Shown: positions 60,453 through 64,000 of the stretch, piece after piece
Position numbering within the stretch: position 1 is the stretch's first letter
Layout of the letters: the number at the start of each line of letters is the position of its first letter
NCBI GenBank assembly: GCA_963726745.1
Contig: CAVSDR010000003.1
Coordinates: forward strand, 320,001 to 384,000
Length of the DNA: 64,000 nt
Source of the DNA: an uncultured Verrucomicrobiae bacterium
Lineage (GTDB): Bacteria; Verrucomicrobiota; Verrucomicrobiia; Chthoniobacterales; UBA10450
Direction: 5' to 3'
Translations under genes and position numbers: made by a program
Notes under the pieces: model-generated
The model's database searches: none
The model's input: the letters and a program-made list of their open reading frames with translations, nothing else
Told to the model about the DNA's origin: nothing

Positions 60453-63107
60453 ATGCGTTGCTTCCGTTTAGCCGGCATCTTCTTGCTCTCGTTAGGCCTT
60501 TCGCTCCATGCGGAAGAGCCGTTCGACTTCGCAAAAACCCCCGGCAAGCTCCCGAAAGGGGTCGTGCCGCGGGAATACGCCGTTCGCATCGCGCCCAATC
60601 TCAAGGCGCTCACTTTTCTGGGCGAGGAAACCATCCAGCTCGAAGTTCGCCAGCCGGCACGTGAGTTGATCCTAAACGCGCACGAGATCGAGGTGGCGAG
60701 CGCGGCGGTTGACGGCGAGGCCGTCGCGGCGGACGCGCTCAAGCTCGACCCGCAAGCGCAGACGCTCACGATCTCGCTGCCTCGCGAACTGCCGGCCGGT
60801 GCGCACAAGCTCGCGCTAAAGTTTAGCGGCAAGATCAACGCCAGCGGCCAGGGCCTTTACCATGCGCCCTACACGGAGACCGGCAGCGGCGCGAAGAAGG
60901 ATATGCTCGGGACGCAGTTCGAGGCGACGGACGCACGCCGAATGTTTCCCTGCTGGGACGAGCCGAGCTTTCGCGCGCGCTTCCAGCTGACCGCCGTCAT
61001 CCCGTCGAATTGGAAAGCCTTCTCGAACATGCCCGTGGAGCACGAAGCCACGACCCCGGCGGGCAAGGAGGTCCGCTTCGCCATGACTCCGCCGATGGCC
61101 TCCTACCTGAACGTCCTTTGCGCCGGCGAGCTTGACTCGATCGAGAAGCAGCAAGGTGAGGTCCTGCATCGCGTCGTCGCGACCAAAGGGAAGGCTGCGC
61201 TCGGTCAATATGCGCTCGCGAGCGCGCAACAAATCGTCGGCTATTACAACGACTACTTCGGCGTCCCCTTCCCTTTGCCGAAGCTGGACGAGATCGCGGT
61301 GCCCGGCGGTTTTGGCGGCGCGATGGAAAATTGGGGCGGCATCACCTATTTCGAGAGCGCGCTGCTCTACGATCCCGAAACCTCGTCGAGTGCGACGAAA
61401 AAAGGAATCTACGCGGTCGTGGCCCACGAAATCGCGCACCAGTGGTTTGGCGACCTTGTGACCATGGCTTGGTGGGACAATCTCTGGCTTAACGAAGGCT
61501 TTGCCTCGTGGATGGGGAGCAAGTGCACCGCGAAATTCAATCCCGACTGGGAGGTCTGGCTGGCGAGCGATGCGCCGCGCGACCCGACGCGGCGGCGCGG
61601 CATCCCGAAGGAAACGGCGATGGAAGGCGATGCCCGCTCAACCACTCATCCGATCCAGCAGGAGATCAAGACCGAGGCTGATGCCAGCGGTGCCTTTGAC
61701 GACATCACCTACAAGAAAGGCCAGTCCTTCCTGCGCATGCTCGAGAGTTTCCTCGGCGAAGATGTTTTCCGGGCCGGCATTCGCCAATACATGGCGCAGC
61801 ATCAGTATTCCAACACGACCACGGCGGATCTCTGGCGCGCGCTGGGCGACGCTTCCGGCAAGCCGGTGGTCGAGATCGCGGCCGAGTGGACGCAGCAGCC
61901 CGGCTTTCCGCTGGTAAAAGTCGCGCGCGGAACAGACGGCAAGATCACCCTTACGCAGGAGCGCTTCACGGTGAACTTCGCGAACCCGCCTGCGCTCCAA
62001 TGGAAGATTCCGTTGACCTACAAAGTCGCCGGCACAGACGCGCCGGTGAGCCTCTTGATGAGCGACCAAACCCTCCAGCTCCCCGAGGTGCCGGACGCCC
62101 GCGCGATCAAGTTGAACGTCGAAGGCACCGGCAACTACCGGGTGCAATACGACGACCGCTCCTGGGAACTGTTGCTCGCGCAGTTGCCAAACATGAGCAG
62201 CCCGGACCGGGTGAATTTACTCAGCGACACCTGGGCCCTGGTGCAGGCGGAACGCGCGCCGCTGGCACAGTATTTCGCGCTGATCGAGAAACTGCCGACG
62301 CGGACCGAACTGGCGGAACAGGAGCAGATCATCACCGCTTTTGGTTTCATCGATGGTCTGGTCGCAGGACAGCCGGCGCAGGACCGATTCGAGGAATACG
62401 CCCGCTCCGTCTTGCACCCGGCCTTTGCCCAGCTCGGCTGGGAAGCGCGCCCGGATGAGAGCAGCCGCGCGACGACGCTGCGCGCCAGCTTGGTGAGCGC
62501 GCTGGCTCTTTTTAACGACCCGGAAATCATCGCCGGCTGCAACGAGCGTTTCCGCGCTTTTCTGAAACAACCGAAGTCGCTCTCGCCCGACCTGCGCGGA
62601 CCAGTCTTGAACGTTGTCGGCCGTTATGCCGATGAGAAGACGTGGAACGAACTGCACGCCCGCGGCCTGCGCGCGACCAGCCTGGAGCAGAAGCAGGATT
62701 ATTTCGGCGCGCTCGCCGAGGCCCAGGATCCACAGCTTGCGCAGAAGGCGCTGGCCCTGGCTTTGACCGACGAACTGCCGACGAGCCGCGCGCTTTCGCT
62801 CGTGCCGCGAGTGGCGCGGAGCGGTCATCCCGAGCTTGCGTGGAAGTTTGCCCGCGCGCACATGCCGGAGCTGCTGAAGAAAGCGGATGCGCTGGCGGCA
62901 AACAGTTTTGCGCCCAGCCTCTTCACCTTCTTCTCCGATGAGGCGATGGTCGGGGAACTGAAGAGCTATGCGCAGCAGAAGTTGTCGCCTGATTCCGCCA
63001 AGCCGGTGGAAAAAGCCGTCGACGAAATGACTTTTCGCGCACGTTTCAAGGAACGATTGCTCGCGCAACTCGCCCAGGCGCCGGCCTTGAAAGCGGCCCG
63101 CGACTAG
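60453..63107 (+). CDS. M1-family aminopeptidase (secreted, ERAP1-like C-domain)
   Basis: TQFE..DARR.FPCWDEP, GAMENWG, HEIAHQWFG, WLNEGFA, YKKG. Confidence 0.96.
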   Translation: MRCFRLAGIFLLSLGLSLHAEEPFDFAKTPGKLPKGVVPREYAVRIAPNLKALTFLGEETIQLEVRQPARELILNAHEIEVASAAVDGEAVAADALKLDPQAQTLTISLPRELPAGAHKLALKFSGKINASGQGLYHAPYTETGSGAKKDMLGTQFEATDARRMFPCWDEPSFRARFQLTAVIPSNWKAFSNMPVEHEATTPAGKEVRFAMTPPMASYLNVLCAGELDSIEKQQGEVLHRVVATKGKAALGQYALASAQQIVGYYNDYFGVPFPLPKLDEIAVPGGFGGAMENWGGITYFESALLYDPETSSSATKKGIYAVVAHEIAHQWFGDLVTMAWWDNLWLNEGFASWMGSKCTAKFNPDWEVWLASDAPRDPTRRRGIPKETAMEGDARSTTHPIQQEIKTEADASGAFDDITYKKGQSFLRMLESFLGEDVFRAGIRQYMAQHQYSNTTTADLWRALGDASGKPVVEIAAEWTQQPGFPLVKVARGTDGKITLTQERFTVNFANPPALQWKIPLTYKVAGTDAPVSLLMSDQTLQLPEVPDARAIKLNVEGTGNYRVQYDDRSWELLLAQLPNMSSPDRVNLLSDTWALVQAERAPLAQYFALIEKLPTRTELAEQEQIITAFGFIDGLVAGQPAQDRFEEYARSVLHPAFAQLGWEARPDESSRATTLRASLVSALALFNDPEIIAGCNERFRAFLKQPKSLSPDLRGPVLNVVGRYADEKTWNELHARGLRATSLEQKQDYFGALAEAQDPQLAQKALALALTDELPTSRALSLVPRVARSGHPELAWKFARAHMPELLKKADALAANSFAPSLFTFFSDEAMVGELKSYAQQKLSPDSAKPVEKAVDEMTFRARFKERLLAQLAQAPALKAARD

Positions 63108-63817
63108 AGCACCGGAGGCCGCGGAGCCTCGTCTTCCTGAGCCTGCAAGGCATTGGCATGCCGCCAGCCGGCGACCGCCTGGCTGAGGAGGAAGAACGCG
63201 AGCAGCGCCAGCCAAATCGAGCCGCTGAAAACTCCGTAGGCGGCAAAAAGTCCGCCGCCGATCAAACCAACCACACTGGCGATGCGCAGGCTCTTGATCG
63301 GCCCCAACGGATACCACAGGAGCGAGCGCAGGATTTGCCCGCCATCGAGCGGGTAAACGGGCAGCAGGTTGAAGAACAGGATGACGATGTTGATGTAGCC
63401 GATCATCGTCACCAACCGGAAGAGGTCGGGCGACTGGAACATCATCCCCGAGCGCCAAAGAAAAAGACGCACGAGGTAAAGCACCGGGATGAGGGCGACA
63501 TTTACCAGCGGCCCCGCGGCAATGCTCCAAAGCTGCGCGCCCGGACGCTGTGGCGGATTCACGAACGCGACCCCGCCGAAAGGCCAGAGGAGGATGCGAT
63601 CCGCCGAGCCGCCGACTGAGCGACAGGCGGTCGCGTGGCCGTACTCGTGCAGGAGGACGATGCAGAAAAGGGCGAGGTATTCGTAGACCGGGAAAAGGCG
63701 CGACTGATAGGCATTGGGCCGCGAAGTGAGCTGGTAGATCGCGACCAGGAACCAGCTGAAGTGCAGGTAAACGGTGATGCCCGCGGCGCGGAAGAGACGG
63801 ATGGAACCGGATTGCAT
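63104..63817 (-). CDS. M50 site-2 protease family
   Basis: LLHEYGH, AAGPLVN, FNLLPVYPLDGG. Confidence 0.93.
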   Translation of the reverse strand: MQSGSIRLFRAAGITVYLHFSWFLVAIYQLTSRPNAYQSRLFPVYEYLALFCIVLLHEYGHATACRSVGGSADRILLWPFGGVAFVNPPQRPGAQLWSIAAGPLVNVALIPVLYLVRLFLWRSGMMFQSPDLFRLVTMIGYINIVILFFNLLPVYPLDGGQILRSLLWYPLGPIKSLRIASVVGLIGGGLFAAYGVFSGSIWLALLAFFLLSQAVAGWRHANALQAQEDEAPRPPVL

Positions 63818-63889
63818 GAAAGGGACGGCTAGAGTCTCATCCCGCGCTCAAAAGACAACCGGGCGCGCCCCCGCCGAAAGTCCAAGGCG

Positions 63890-64000
63890 CTAGAGCGTCT
63901 CTTCCTTCGCGTCGTCTCGCGGCAGGAGCAGCCGCATCGGCATCATCGAGCTTTCGCGGAAGCCGTGGCGCTTAAAGAGCGCCTGCGAGCGAAGCTCAGG
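63890..64000 (-). CDS. C-terminal fragment, possibly a GNAT acetyltransferase
   Basis: ...SQALFKRHGFRES...* resembles a GNAT C-terminal motif; runs off the window. Confidence 0.45.
   Translation of the reverse strand, partial: PELRSQALFKRHGFRESSMMPMRLLLPRDDAKEETL

Overview
GC-rich (roughly 65% by eye) bacterial chromosomal window. It is most consistent with Verrucomicrobiota (Chthoniobacterales/Spartobacteria-like), based on the LpxC-FabZ fusion, nusA-infB-rbfA-DHH-truB-ribF without rimP, PEP-CTERM and TIGR03790 proteins, an arc-dop pair and dockerin-like C-termini. Most of it is housekeeping: glgP, GH57 branching enzyme, corA, POT transporter, MarR-RND efflux, two ArnT-like GTs, an ECF sigma locus, prmA, a two-domain NDK, an aminotransferase, lpxC/fabZ-lpxA, recN, peptidases, tRNA-Asp and tRNA-Gly. 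An ~10.5 kb accessory block (4574-15139) holds a wHTH-TPR regulator divergent from an operon of six secreted proteins: a tailspike-like protein, a trypsin, dockerin-like proteins, a kelch protein and a PEP-CTERM protein. The most striking unexplained signal is a dispersed non-palindromic word, CTCGTTAGGC (core TCGTTAG). By hand I count 27 copies of the 7-mer and 11 of the exact 10-mer. It lies on both strands, in all reading frames, forces rare codons, and supplies the stop codon of eight genes, which resembles a DNA-uptake or nucleoid-binding sequence. Several single-base frameshifts, including in infB and lpxA, indicate indel errors in the assembly.
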